Origin: Acidobacteriaceae bacterium
Lineage (GTDB): Bacteria > Acidobacteriota > Terriglobia > Terriglobales > Acidobacteriaceae
Direction of reading: 5' to 3'
DNA: 64,000 nucleotides
Assembly (NCBI GenBank): GCA_036267295.1
Contig: DATAWI010000008.1
Span: 21,373 to 85,372 of the forward strand
Shown here: piece by piece, positions 16,113 to 25,317 of the stretch
How the letters are laid out: each line of letters opens with the position of its first letter
Numbering within the stretch: position 1 is the first letter of the stretch
Notes under the pieces: generated by a model
Databases searched by the model: none
What the model was told of the DNA's origin: nothing
Seen by the model: the letters and a program-made list of their open reading frames with translations, nothing else
Made by a program: the position numbers and the translations under genes

Positions 16113-17213
16113 TTAGGGGATTTTCGTAATCGCATCGAACGCCGCCTTCGGCTGGCCCTTCCGGTCGAACAGCAGCGGATAATCCGTCCGTCCCCGCACC
16201 GGCCAGTCGTTCTTCCACGAGTCCCCGTCCGTCACGCCCCACAGCGTCACCCGGCTGATGTCGCTCCGGTCCTTCACGTACACCCGGAACAGCTCCGCAT
16301 ACCGCGCCGCCAGTTGCTGCTCCACCGCATCCGGCAACCCGTTCGGCCACGGATTCAGCTTCGCATCCCCCTCCGCATGCGCCGAAACATCCGCCGTCTG
16401 GTGGCCCAGCGCCGGCGGCAGCACATCGATATCCAGCTCCGAAATCGCCACCTTCACGCCCAGCGCCGCAAACGCCTGGATCGCCGCGTCTTCCTGTTCC
16501 CCCGTCGGCCACGTCAGCGAGTCGTGATCCTGAATCCCCACGCAGTTAATCGGCACCCCCGCCGCCTGCAGCTTTTTCACCAGCGCCACCGCGCCGTCCC
16601 TCTTTGCCGGATTCTCCAGGTTGTAGTCGTTGTACGTCAGTTGCGCTGCCGGATCGGCCGCGTGCGCGTACTCGAACGCCTTCGCGATGTAGTCATCGCC
16701 GATAATCTTCTCCCACACCGACGCCCGCAGCGTCCCATCCTCGTTCAGCGCCTCGTTCACCACGTCCCAGCTCTGAATCTTCCCCTTGTACCGCCCCACC
16801 ACCGTATCGATGTGATCCTTCATCCGCGCCAGCAGCGCCTCGCGCGTCAGCAGCCGGCCGTCCTTGTCGTGAAACACCCACGCCGGGACCTGGCTATGCC
16901 ACACCAGGTTGTGCCCCACAATCCACATGTGATGGCTCACGCCGAAGGCGACGTACTGATCCGCCAGCGCAAAGTCATACTTCCCCGGCTGCGGATGCAC
17001 CACTTCCCACTTCAGCACGTTCTCCGGCGAAATCGAATCGAACTCCCGCGTCACGATCCCATCCCCCAGCGTGTCCTCTCCGGTAATCTGCGCCGAATTA
17101 ATCGCCGCCCCCACATAAAAGTCCCCCCGATAAGCATCCTTCAGCGTCACCGGAGCCGCCGCCGAAGCCGCAAATCCAATCAGAAGAGTCATCACCATAA
17201 TCGCGGATCGCAT
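16113..17213 (-). CDS. endo-1,4-beta-xylanase, GH10
   Basis: Signal peptide MRSAIMVMTLLIGFAASAAA. GH10 hallmarks are present: ..GHNLVWHSQVP.., the acid/base ..WDVVNEAL.. and the nucleophile ..VAISELDIDV... Confidence 0.9.
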   Translation of the reverse strand: MRSAIMVMTLLIGFAASAAAPVTLKDAYRGDFYVGAAINSAQITGEDTLGDGIVTREFDSISPENVLKWEVVHPQPGKYDFALADQYVAFGVSHHMWIVGHNLVWHSQVPAWVFHDKDGRLLTREALLARMKDHIDTVVGRYKGKIQSWDVVNEALNEDGTLRASVWEKIIGDDYIAKAFEYAHAADPAAQLTYNDYNLENPAKRDGAVALVKKLQAAGVPINCVGIQDHDSLTWPTGEQEDAAIQAFAALGVKVAISELDIDVLPPALGHQTADVSAHAEGDAKLNPWPNGLPDAVEQQLAARYAELFRVYVKDRSDISRVTLWGVTDGDSWKNDWPVRGRTDYPLLFDRKGQPKAAFDAITKIP

Positions 17214-17265
17214 CTGAAATTTTCCCCCTCGAATTCAAACCCCCGGCCGCCCCACCAAGCTCGTC

Positions 17266-17355
17266 CGCCCCATCCAACCCGCCGTCAGCAGGGTGGGCTC
17301 CCACAAAACCCCGGCCGCCCCATCCTACCCGCCGTTGGCAGGGTGGGCTCCCACA
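17266..17355 (+). repeat. REP-like hairpin family A, two copies about 50 nt apart
   Basis: CCGCCCCATCCAACCCGCCGTCAGCAGGGTGGGCTCCCACA and CCGCCCCATCCTACCCGCCGTTGGCAGGGTGGGCTCCCACA lie in the GH10/GPH intergenic gap. Confidence 0.85.
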
Positions 17356-17386
17356 GTTGCCCGACGGGCGAAACGCGCGCGAGCGG

Positions 17387-17471
17387 TCCTGCGCAGCAGG
17401 ACGACGGTAGAAGCCACGGGCTTCAGCCCGTGGACCGTGGCCCTCAAAAAAGAAGGGCCTTCAGGCCCGGC
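17387..17471 (+). repeat. composite hairpin repeat families B and C
   Basis: TCCTGCGCAGCAGGACGACGGTAGAAGCCACGGGCTTCAGCCCGTGGAC..AAAAAAGAAGGGCCTTCAGGCCCGGC carries two GC-rich stems with TTCA loops. Related units occur at 19014-19101 and 24504-24834. Confidence 0.85.
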
Positions 17472-17508
17472 TCACTCTTGAAAGCCCTTCAACACGTCAC
17501 CACCACAG

Positions 17509-18876
17509 TTACGATTCCGCCCCAACTTCCCGCACATACAACTTCCGCTGCTCCCCCAACTCGTCTGAGATCGCCTTATTCACGTTCCGCGAGATTGGAT
17601 AGAAGAACAAACAAGCCGCCGTCGCAAAAAACGCCAGCCCCGACCAAAGCCCCGCCGTCATGCGAATGCCATCCAACGCCCGCGCCGTCTGCGCCGCATT
17701 CGACACATACCCGTAATACGAGAACAGCCATCCGGCCAGCGCGCCGCCCAGCGCCAGCCCCACCCACAGCGCGAACACCACCGCCGCCGTCACTGTCCCC
17801 GTCGCCCGCCGCCCCGTCTTCCACTCGCCGTAATCGGCGACATCGCCCATCATCGCCCAGATCAGCGGCCCCGACGTGCCGTACGCAAACTGCCGCAGCA
17901 CTTCCGACCCGATAATCGCCGCCGTCGCATGCGCCGGCAGCACCAGCACCGCCAGGTTGAACACCCCCGCCAGCGTCATGCTCAGAATGAACAGCGGCCG
18001 CTTGCCCAGCCGCACCGAAATCCACGTCGAGCACATCACGCCCAGAATCAGCGCCGCCAGCCCAAACCCGTTAAACCAGCTGAACAAATGCTCGTCCCCC
18101 GCCACGTATTTGAAATAGGGCAGCATCACGCTGCCGCGCATCGCGATCGCCGCAAAATAAAACGTCGTCACCAGAAACAGCACAATCCACGGCCCGTTGT
18201 GGAACAAATCCCCCAGGTCCAGCGCCAGCGAAGACTTCTGCGCCGGATTCGGCTGGATCCGCTCCTTCGTCGTCAAAAACGCCACCACGAAGAAGACGAT
18301 GCTCAGCACTGACAGCAACCCCATCGTCATCTGATAGCCGCGCGCGTCGTTGCCCCGACCGAAATACGCCACCATCGGGATCGCCAGCGCCTGCACAATG
18401 AAGCCGGCGATATTCGCCGCCACCTGCCGGTACGACGCGATGCTCGTCCGCTCGTCCGGATCGCCAGTCAGCACCGCGGTCAGCGACGCATACGGCACAT
18501 TGTTCACCGCGTAGATCAGCCGCAGCAGCAGGTAGGTCGTCCACGCGTACACCAGCTTGCTCGACGGGCTCATGCTCGGCGTCGTGAACGTGAGGAACCC
18601 GATCACCCCAAACGGCAGCGCCGTCCACAGCAGCCACGGCCGGAACTTCCCCCACTTCGTGTTCGTCCGGTCCGCGATCACGCCCATCACCGGATTGAAT
18701 GCCGCGGCAATCAGCCCCACCACCAGGAACAGCGTCCCCGCCTGCGCCGCCGTCAGCCCAAACGTGTCGGTGTAATAACTGAGTTGCAGCGCCAGCATGG
18801 CCTGGAAAATAAAATTCGCCGCCATGTCGCCCAGCGAATAACCAACCTTCTCCCCAACCGCAAGCTTCTGGATCAT
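17509..18876 (-). CDS. GPH-family (glycoside-pentoside-hexuronide):cation symporter, MFS
   Basis: 455 aa with about 12 TM helices. The N-terminal EKVGYSLGDMAANFIFQAM..YYTD and ..GVIADRTNTKWGKFRPWLLW.. are classic MelB/XynT/YicJ-type motifs. Confidence 0.9.
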   Translation of the reverse strand: MIQKLAVGEKVGYSLGDMAANFIFQAMLALQLSYYTDTFGLTAAQAGTLFLVVGLIAAAFNPVMGVIADRTNTKWGKFRPWLLWTALPFGVIGFLTFTTPSMSPSSKLVYAWTTYLLLRLIYAVNNVPYASLTAVLTGDPDERTSIASYRQVAANIAGFIVQALAIPMVAYFGRGNDARGYQMTMGLLSVLSIVFFVVAFLTTKERIQPNPAQKSSLALDLGDLFHNGPWIVLFLVTTFYFAAIAMRGSVMLPYFKYVAGDEHLFSWFNGFGLAALILGVMCSTWISVRLGKRPLFILSMTLAGVFNLAVLVLPAHATAAIIGSEVLRQFAYGTSGPLIWAMMGDVADYGEWKTGRRATGTVTAAVVFALWVGLALGGALAGWLFSYYGYVSNAAQTARALDGIRMTAGLWSGLAFFATAACLFFYPISRNVNKAISDELGEQRKLYVREVGAES

Positions 18877-18913
18877 TGTGCGTTCACCAAAAAATCAAAC
18901 AAAGAAAAGTTGT

Positions 18914-19101
18914 GTCATCCTGAGCGGAATTTGTCACACCTGGTGTGACAAACGTAATCGAAGCGCCTGCATTTCCCGGGTGCCCCATCCAAGCCGGTGT
19001 TGCTTGGGTGGGCGTCCTGCGCAGCAGGACCACGGTAGAAGCCCCGGCCTTCAGGCCGGGGACAATGCCCACAGCATCGGAAGGGGCTTCAGCCCCGGCC
19101 C
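18914..19101 (+). repeat. mosaic of repeat families D, A, B and C (~190 nt) filling the GPH/GH3 intergenic gap
   Basis: The mosaic runs as follows. GTCATCCTGAGCGG; internal 9-bp inverted repeat TTTGTCACA..TGTGACAAA; CCTGCATTTCC; family A hairpin GGGTGCCCCATCCAAGCCGGTGTTGCTTGGGTGGGC (18978-19013); CCTGCGCAGCAGGACCACGGTAGAAGCCCCGGCCTTCAGGCCGGGG; GGGGCTTCAGCCCC. Confidence 0.85.
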
Positions 19102-19115
19102 TGTTCCCCACCGTC

Positions 19116-21518
19116 CTACTCCACCACCGTCAGCGTCATCTTCATCAAATCCTCATCCCGCGACGACGTCCCCACCATCACCGTGAATTCCCCCGGCTCC
19201 ACGACATACTTCATATTGACGTCCCAGAACTTCAGCGCCTCCGGAGTCACCGGCAGCGTCACGGTCGCCGTCTCCCCCGGCTCCAGCCGCACCTTCTTAA
19301 ACCCCTTCAGCTCCTTCACCGGCCGCGTCACCGAACTCACCACGTCCCGGATATACACCTGCACCGTCTCCGTCCCCGCCCGCGTCCCCGTATTCGTCAC
19401 ATCCACGGATACAGTTGTCGACCCATCCTTTTTGATCCGCTTCTTTCCCAGTTGCGCGTTCTTCACCTCAAACGTCGTGTAGCTCAGTCCATACCCAAAG
19501 GCAAACAGCGGCGACACATCGTCGAACAGATACCCGCGCCGCCCCGACGGTTTGTAGTTGTAGAAAACTGGCAGATGCCCCGCGCTCCGCGGGAACGAGA
19601 TCGGCAGCTTCCCGCCCGGATTGAAGTCGCCGAACAGCACATCGGCCACCGCCCGTCCCGTCTCCTGCCCCAGATACCAGCACTCATAAATCACCGGCAC
19701 ATGCGCCAGCAGATGATTAATGCTCAGCGGCCGCCCGTTAAACAGGAACGCGATCACCGGCTTGCCCAGCTGCGCCATCGCCTCCACCAGCTCGTCCTGC
19801 CGCCCCATCAGGTCGAGCGACGTCCGGTCGCCCATGTGTTGCAGGTTCCACGCCTCGCGCGACGTCTGCTCGTTGCCCCCAATCGCCAGCACAATCACAT
19901 CCGCCTTCTTCGCCACTTCCACTGCTTCCGCAATCTGCCGGCGATCCTCTTCAGGATCGCTCGCCGTCACCGCATCCTGATTCCAGCTCCCGCCCACCGT
20001 GATCTTGCAGCCCTCGCTGTACAACACCTTCGCGTGTCCTGCGGCTTTCTTCCTGATCCCCTCCAGCACCGTCACGTTATGCAGCGGCACGCCCGAATAC
20101 CCGCCCAGCAGCCCGCGATGCGCGTTCGGCCCAATCACCGCAATCGTCTTCACCTTGCTCAGGTCCAGCGGAGCCACCCCGCCCTCGTTCTTCACCAGCG
20201 TGATCGACTCCCGCGCGGCCTCCAGCGCCAGCTCCCGATGCTTCGTCTTCCGCACCACCTTCTCCGCGAACATCGGATCGACGTATGGATCGTCGAACAG
20301 CCCCATCGCGAATTTCCAATACAGCATCGGCGCCACCATCTCATCCAGCTGCGATTCCCGCAGCGCGCCTTTGCGAACCAGCGCCACCAGGCTCTTGTAG
20401 CAATCCGGATCGGGCAGCTCGATATTCACCCCCGCCTCCACCGACAACTGCGCCGACTCCTTGCGATCCTTCGCCACAAAGTGTCCATGCGTATCCGGCC
20501 GATACCCCAGTTCCCAGATCGCGTAGTAATCCGACACCACAAATCCCTTGAACCCCCACTGCTTCCGCAGCACATCGCGCAGCAGCCACTTGTTCGCGTG
20601 CGACGGAACCCCATCGATCTCGTTGTAACTGGCCATCAGCGTCACCGCGCCCGCCTCCCGCAGCGCCTCGCGGAAGGTGTACAGAAATGTCTCCTGCAGC
20701 ACCCGCAGTGACACGTTGGCCGGCGCGCAATTCATCCCGCTCTCCGGCTGCCCATGCCCCACAAAATGCTTCAGCGTCGCCAGCACGCGCGTCTTGTCCC
20801 GGAACCTGGCCTCTCCCGCCGCGGCATCGCCCTGGAACCCCTTCACCGCCGCAATCCCCAGCCGCGAAACCAAATAAGGATCCTCGCCGTACGTCTCTTC
20901 CACCCGCCCCCAGCGCGGCTCCCGCGCCACATCCACCACCGGCGTCAGCGCATGATGCGCCCCACGCGACCGCGCCTCCAGCGCCGTCATCGTAAACAGC
21001 CGCTCCACCAGTTCGGGATTAAACGTCGCCCCCAGCGCAATCGGCTGCGGAAAGCTCGTCCCCTCCGGCGCCGCATGCCCATGCAGGCACTCCTCGTGGA
21101 AGATCACCGGAATCCCCAGCCGTGTCTGCTCCAGGAAAAACTTCTGAATGGCGTTCGTCAGCTCCGCCATCTGCCGCGCCGTCCGCCCGCCGCCCGCATC
21201 GCTCGGACGACCCACCTGCCCCAGCCCCCGCGCCAGCGCATACGGACCGCGCAACGACTGCTTCGCCTTCTCCGGATCGAATTCCCCCTTCTCATTCACC
21301 AGCGTCAAGGCCTTTTCCTGCCAGAGGCACAGCATCTGCGCCGCCTTCTCCTCGAGCGTCATCCGCCTCAGCAGATCCGCCGTCCGCCGCGCCGGCGTCA
21401 GCGCCGCATTCTTGTATGCGGGAAGCGCATTCGCCTGCGCAACAGCCCTCGCGCTCGATTTGCCCGCCGCCTTCACCGCCTTCTTTGCCGACTTCTTCGT
21501 TGCCACAGCCGTCGCCAT
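19116..21518 (-). CDS. GH3 glycoside hydrolase (beta-glucosidase/beta-xylosidase type)
   Basis: ..RRMTLEEKAAQM.., ..GIPVIFHEECLHG.., ..REPRWGRVEETYGEDPYL.., ..GFVVSDY.. (nucleophile region) and a C-terminal Fn3-like domain. It is the first gene of the xylan operon. The N-terminus is unusual and K/A-rich, not a hydrophobic signal peptide. Confidence 0.9.
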   Translation of the reverse strand: MATAVATKKSAKKAVKAAGKSSARAVAQANALPAYKNAALTPARRTADLLRRMTLEEKAAQMLCLWQEKALTLVNEKGEFDPEKAKQSLRGPYALARGLGQVGRPSDAGGGRTARQMAELTNAIQKFFLEQTRLGIPVIFHEECLHGHAAPEGTSFPQPIALGATFNPELVERLFTMTALEARSRGAHHALTPVVDVAREPRWGRVEETYGEDPYLVSRLGIAAVKGFQGDAAAGEARFRDKTRVLATLKHFVGHGQPESGMNCAPANVSLRVLQETFLYTFREALREAGAVTLMASYNEIDGVPSHANKWLLRDVLRKQWGFKGFVVSDYYAIWELGYRPDTHGHFVAKDRKESAQLSVEAGVNIELPDPDCYKSLVALVRKGALRESQLDEMVAPMLYWKFAMGLFDDPYVDPMFAEKVVRKTKHRELALEAARESITLVKNEGGVAPLDLSKVKTIAVIGPNAHRGLLGGYSGVPLHNVTVLEGIRKKAAGHAKVLYSEGCKITVGGSWNQDAVTASDPEEDRRQIAEAVEVAKKADVIVLAIGGNEQTSREAWNLQHMGDRTSLDLMGRQDELVEAMAQLGKPVIAFLFNGRPLSINHLLAHVPVIYECWYLGQETGRAVADVLFGDFNPGGKLPISFPRSAGHLPVFYNYKPSGRRGYLFDDVSPLFAFGYGLSYTTFEVKNAQLGKKRIKKDGSTTVSVDVTNTGTRAGTETVQVYIRDVVSSVTRPVKELKGFKKVRLEPGETATVTLPVTPEALKFWDVNMKYVVEPGEFTVMVGTSSRDEDLMKMTLTVVE

Positions 21519-21680
21519 GCATCCATCCCATGTGCGGCAGGCTCAAAACACCCTCCGCACCGCGGGTCCAATCTATTCGCCCGTGCCATGGAAGTGCAAT
21601 AGCAAATCGATTTAATCAGCCCCGCCCGTTCCTCCAGCGAAACCGTCGCCAGCTTCCGTCTACCGGCCACCCGCCACACG

Positions 21681-21719
21681 CCCAAAAACAAGAAGGCCCG
21701 CGGAATCCCCCCGCGAGCC
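21681..21719 (-). terminator. Rho-independent terminator downstream of clpB
   Basis: The minus-strand RNA reads GGCUCGCGG-GGGGAUU-CCGCGGGCC followed by UUCUUGUUUUUGGG. It lies about 100 nt after the clpB stop and before the GH3 operon start region. Confidence 0.6.
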
Positions 21720-21818
21720 CTATGCACTCAACGCTTCTCTCTAACCGTATCGTGCTACCAGCTTTTCGCTGGTAGCTTCTCTCTGACACCGTTTAGCGAA
21801 CCGCTCCTCAGCCGCTCT

Positions 21819-24467
21819 TCACGCCTTCCCCACCGCATGCCCCTCCAGCGGAATCCCCGCACGGCTCACCACCTCGAACTGCAGCGTCCCTTTGCCCGCC
21901 TCAATCCGCACATGGTCTCCGTGCAGTACCTCGCCATCCAGGATCTTCATCGCCAGCGGATCCTGAATCAGCCGCTGGATCGCCCGCTTCAGCGGCCGCG
22001 CTCCATACGCCCGGTCGTACCCCGCCGTGAAGATCTGTTGCCGCGCCGCTTTCGTCAGCTCGATCGTGATGTGCCGGTCCGCCAGCAGCTTCTCCAGCTC
22101 CTTCAGCCGCAGCTCCACGATGTGCTGCAACTGCTCCTCGCCCAGCGGACGGAAAATCACCACATCGTCCACCCGGTTCAGAAACTCCGGCCGGAAATGC
22201 TCCCGCAGCACCTTCAGCACGCTCTCCGTCGCATGCCCGAACGCCGTCTCATCCTTCAGCGAGTCGCCCTGTAAAAATGCCGCACCCAGATTCGACGTCA
22301 TGATCAGCACCGTGTTCTTGAAGTCCACCGTGCGTCCCTTCGCATCCGTCAGCCGCCCGTCGTCCAGAACTTGTAACAGTACGTTGAACACATCCGGGTG
22401 CGCCTTCTCGATCTCGTCCAGCAGAATCACCGCATACGGACGCCGCCGCACCGCTTCCGTCAACTGCCCGCCCTCGTCGTAGCCCACATACCCCGGAGGC
22501 GCGCCGATCAGCCGCGCCACCGCATGCTTCTCCATGTACTCGCTCATGTCCAGCCGTACCATCGCTTGCTCGTCGTCGAACAGAAACTCCGCCAGCGCCC
22601 GCGCCGTCTCCGTCTTCCCCACGCCCGTCGGCCCCAGAAAGATAAACGACCCAATCGGCCTCTTCGGATCGCTCAGACCCGCGCGCGATCGCCGAATCGC
22701 ATTCGCCACCGTGGTCAGCGCCACGTCCTGCCCCACCACGCGATCCCGCAGCCGCTCTTCCATCCGGACGAGCTTCTTCACCTCGCCCTCCAGCATCCGC
22801 GTCACCGGGATCCCCGTCCACTTGCTCACGATCTTCGCGATGTCTTCTTCGTCCACTTCCTCCTTCAGCATCCTCTGGGCGCTCGCCGCCACGCCGTCCT
22901 GCGCCTCTTCCAGCCTCTTCATCTCGGCTTCCAGCCGCGGCAGTTCGCCGTACTGGATCTGCGCCGCCCTCTCCAGATTCCCGCGCCGCGTCTGCTCATC
23001 GGCCTCAAACCGCAGCCCCTCGATCTGTTTCTTCAGGTCGCTCAGCCGCGTAATCGCCTCCCGCTCCTTCTGCCAGCGCGCCCGCAGCGCCGTCGCCTTC
23101 TCGCGCAGCTCCGCCACCTCGCGCTCCACCACCGTCAGCCGCTCTTTGGAGTTCGCATCGCTCTCCCGCTTCAGCGCCGTCCGCTCAATTTCCAGCGACG
23201 TCGCCGCCCGCTCCAGCTCGTCAATCTCCTGCGGCACGCTCCCAATTTGAATCGCCAGCGAAGCCGCCGCCTCATCCACCAGATCGATCGCCTTGTCCGG
23301 CAAAAACCGGTCCGATATATAACGATGCGACAAAGTCGCCGCTGCCACGATCGCCGAGTCCCGAATCCGCACCTTGTGGTGAGCCTCGTACCGCTCCTTC
23401 AGCCCCCGCAGAATCGCAATCGTGTCCTCCACGTTCGGCTCGCCCACATACACAATCTGGAACCGCCGCTCCAGCGCCGCGTCCTTCTCGATGTACTTCT
23501 TGTACTCATTCAGCGTGGTCGCGCCAATCGCCCGCAGCTCGCCCCGCGCCAGCGGCGGCTTCAGCATGTTGCTCGCGTCAATCGCTCCCTCCGCCGCCCC
23601 CGCGCCCACCAGCGTATGCAGCTCGTCGATGAACAGCACAATCTGCCCATTCGACTCCTCAATCTCCTTCAGCACCGCCTTCAGCCGGTCCTCGAACTCG
23701 CCGCGGTACTTCGCCCCCGCCAGCATCGACCCCAGGTCCAGCGAGATCACCCGCTTGTCCCGCAGCACATCCGGCACATCGCCATGCACAATCCGCCGCG
23801 CCAGCCCTTCCACAATCGCCGTCTTGCCCACGCCCGGCTCGCCAATCAGCACTGGATTATTCTTCGTCCGCCGCGACAGCACCTGGATCACCCGCCGAAT
23901 CTCCTCGTCCCGCCCAATCACCGGATCCAGCTTCCCCCGCCGCGCCAGCTCCGTCAGGTCCTTCGCATACTTCTCCAGCGCCTGGTACTTCGCTTCAGGA
24001 TTCTGATCCGTCACCCGCTGATTCCCGCGCACGCTCGCCAGCGACTTCAGCACCGCATCGTGCGTCGCGCCCAGCGACGCCAGCAGCAGCTGCGCCCCAT
24101 CATTCTTCTGGCTGGCCAGCGCCAGCAGCAGATGCTCCGTCGAGACGTACTCGTCCTTAAAGTTTTCCGCCTCTTTGAACGCCGCTTCGAAGACGCGATT
24201 CAGCGCCTGGCTCGCTCCCGGCTGCGCGCTCGCCCCGCTCACCTTCGGCAGTTGCTGCACCGCCTCCTGCGCCTTCGCCGCAAGTTGCGTCACCGGCACG
24301 CCAATCTTTTCGAGGACGGCCGGAATCACGCCCTCCGGGTCCGCCAGCAACACCGCCAGCAAATGCAGCGGCAAGATCTCCGGATTGCCATTCTCCGCCG
24401 CCAGTTGGCCCGCCGCCTGCACGGCCTCCTGCGACTTCACCGTGAATTTCTCCCAACGAATCGCCAT
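21819..24467 (-). CDS. clpB: ATP-dependent chaperone/disaggregase ClpB
   Basis: 882 aa. It has a Clp N-domain and two AAA+ modules ([15 protein letters not shown] and [15 protein letters not shown]). A long coiled-coil M-domain sits between them. The C-terminal region includes ..ARPLKRAIQ... Confidence 0.95.
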   Translation of the reverse strand: MAIRWEKFTVKSQEAVQAAGQLAAENGNPEILPLHLLAVLLADPEGVIPAVLEKIGVPVTQLAAKAQEAVQQLPKVSGASAQPGASQALNRVFEAAFKEAENFKDEYVSTEHLLLALASQKNDGAQLLLASLGATHDAVLKSLASVRGNQRVTDQNPEAKYQALEKYAKDLTELARRGKLDPVIGRDEEIRRVIQVLSRRTKNNPVLIGEPGVGKTAIVEGLARRIVHGDVPDVLRDKRVISLDLGSMLAGAKYRGEFEDRLKAVLKEIEESNGQIVLFIDELHTLVGAGAAEGAIDASNMLKPPLARGELRAIGATTLNEYKKYIEKDAALERRFQIVYVGEPNVEDTIAILRGLKERYEAHHKVRIRDSAIVAAATLSHRYISDRFLPDKAIDLVDEAAASLAIQIGSVPQEIDELERAATSLEIERTALKRESDANSKERLTVVEREVAELREKATALRARWQKEREAITRLSDLKKQIEGLRFEADEQTRRGNLERAAQIQYGELPRLEAEMKRLEEAQDGVAASAQRMLKEEVDEEDIAKIVSKWTGIPVTRMLEGEVKKLVRMEERLRDRVVGQDVALTTVANAIRRSRAGLSDPKRPIGSFIFLGPTGVGKTETARALAEFLFDDEQAMVRLDMSEYMEKHAVARLIGAPPGYVGYDEGGQLTEAVRRRPYAVILLDEIEKAHPDVFNVLLQVLDDGRLTDAKGRTVDFKNTVLIMTSNLGAAFLQGDSLKDETAFGHATESVLKVLREHFRPEFLNRVDDVVIFRPLGEEQLQHIVELRLKELEKLLADRHITIELTKAARQQIFTAGYDRAYGARPLKRAIQRLIQDPLAMKILDGEVLHGDHVRIEAGKGTLQFEVVSRAGIPLEGHAVGKA

Positions 24468-24503
24468 AGCTCTTCACCTCAAATTCAGCTCGCCCACCGC
24501 CAC

Positions 24504-24834
24504 GCCCCGCATCAGACGCCGCGCCAGCGGCACTGCGGTAGAATCCCCGGCCTTCAGGCCCGCCACCCCGCATCAGGCGCCCCGCATCAGGGGCCGCGCC
24601 AGCGGCCCTGCGGTAGAAGCCCCGGCCTTCAGGCCGGGGAAACAGGGTCCCAAAAAGGGAGGGCCTTCAGGCCCGGCACCCCGCATCAGGCGCCCCGCAT
24701 CGCCACCCCGCATCAGGCACCCCGCATCAGGCACCCCGCATCAGGGGCCGCGCCAGCGGCCCTGCGGTAGAAGCCCCGGCCTTCAGGCCGGGGAAACAAG
24801 GTCCCAAAAAGGGAGGGCCTTCAGGCCCGGCACC
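24504..24834 (+). repeat. repeat cluster upstream of clpB: about 100-nt B/C unit duplicated with 154-nt period, plus 8 copies of CCCCGCATCAGG
   Basis: Segments 24580-24680 and 24734-24834 are near-identical (I saw one G/A difference): CCCCGCATCAGGGGCCGCGCCAGCGGCCCTGCGGTAGAAGCCCCGGCCTTCAGGCCGGGGAAACA(G/A)GGTCCCAAAAAGGGAGGGCCTTCAGGCCCGGCACC. A partial third unit lies at 24504-24564. Short CCCCGCATCAGG(C/G) repeats are interspersed. Confidence 0.9.
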
Positions 24835-25317
24835 CCCCCACTCGCGAATTGCACCACGTCCCGAGGAGAATCCCAACAACGAACCGCCATCACCATAATC
24901 CCTCAGGTTGCCAATCAGAACTTGCGTGTTGAACCCGGCCGCGGACTCGCCTCCCGATGCAACCGGCACAACATTAGATGGCGACCATAGCAGCCTTGAT
25001 GCATAAAATATGAGTGAGTTAACATCATATTTTGCCCCACGGGAGTTGCAAACACTGACTTAAGCGCCGCCTCCGGTACGGGTGACCAAGGACCACAGCA
25101 CCTTTAGGTGGGAGCTACCGATCGATGGATAGCCGCCGCGCCGGTGGCGATTCATGGCGACAATAACGCATTACCGATCTCTCGCGCCGCCATCCACCCG
25201 CGAGGCTATAATCCGCCCATATCACCATCAATCTAATCGACCAATCTCCGCGGATATCGCGAGACCCAAGCGCCGATCCCGAAAGCGACGACGGATTAGC
25301 GGATTTAGGGGGACGCC

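Noticed and set aside
21604-21613. 10-bp palindrome AAATCGATTT about 90 nt upstream of the GH3/xylan operon
   Set aside because: It is too short and too simple to distinguish from chance, and there is no extended symmetry resembling LacI/XylR-type operators.
21754-21776. Perfect 9-bp hairpin GCTACCAGC-ttttc-GCTGGTAGC flanked by TTCTCTCT direct repeats, 45 nt after the clpB stop
   Set aside because: I did not call it the clpB terminator because no U-tract follows on the minus strand. The hairpin at 21681-21719 has one. It may be a processing or stability element, but the evidence is insufficient.
24504-24834. Possible CRISPR array (regularly repeated GC-rich palindromic units)
   Set aside because: The spacers are themselves repeated (CCCCGCATCAGG words). 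The units are about 100 nt, with a 154-nt period. The same modules occur singly elsewhere at 17387 and 19014. No cas genes are present.
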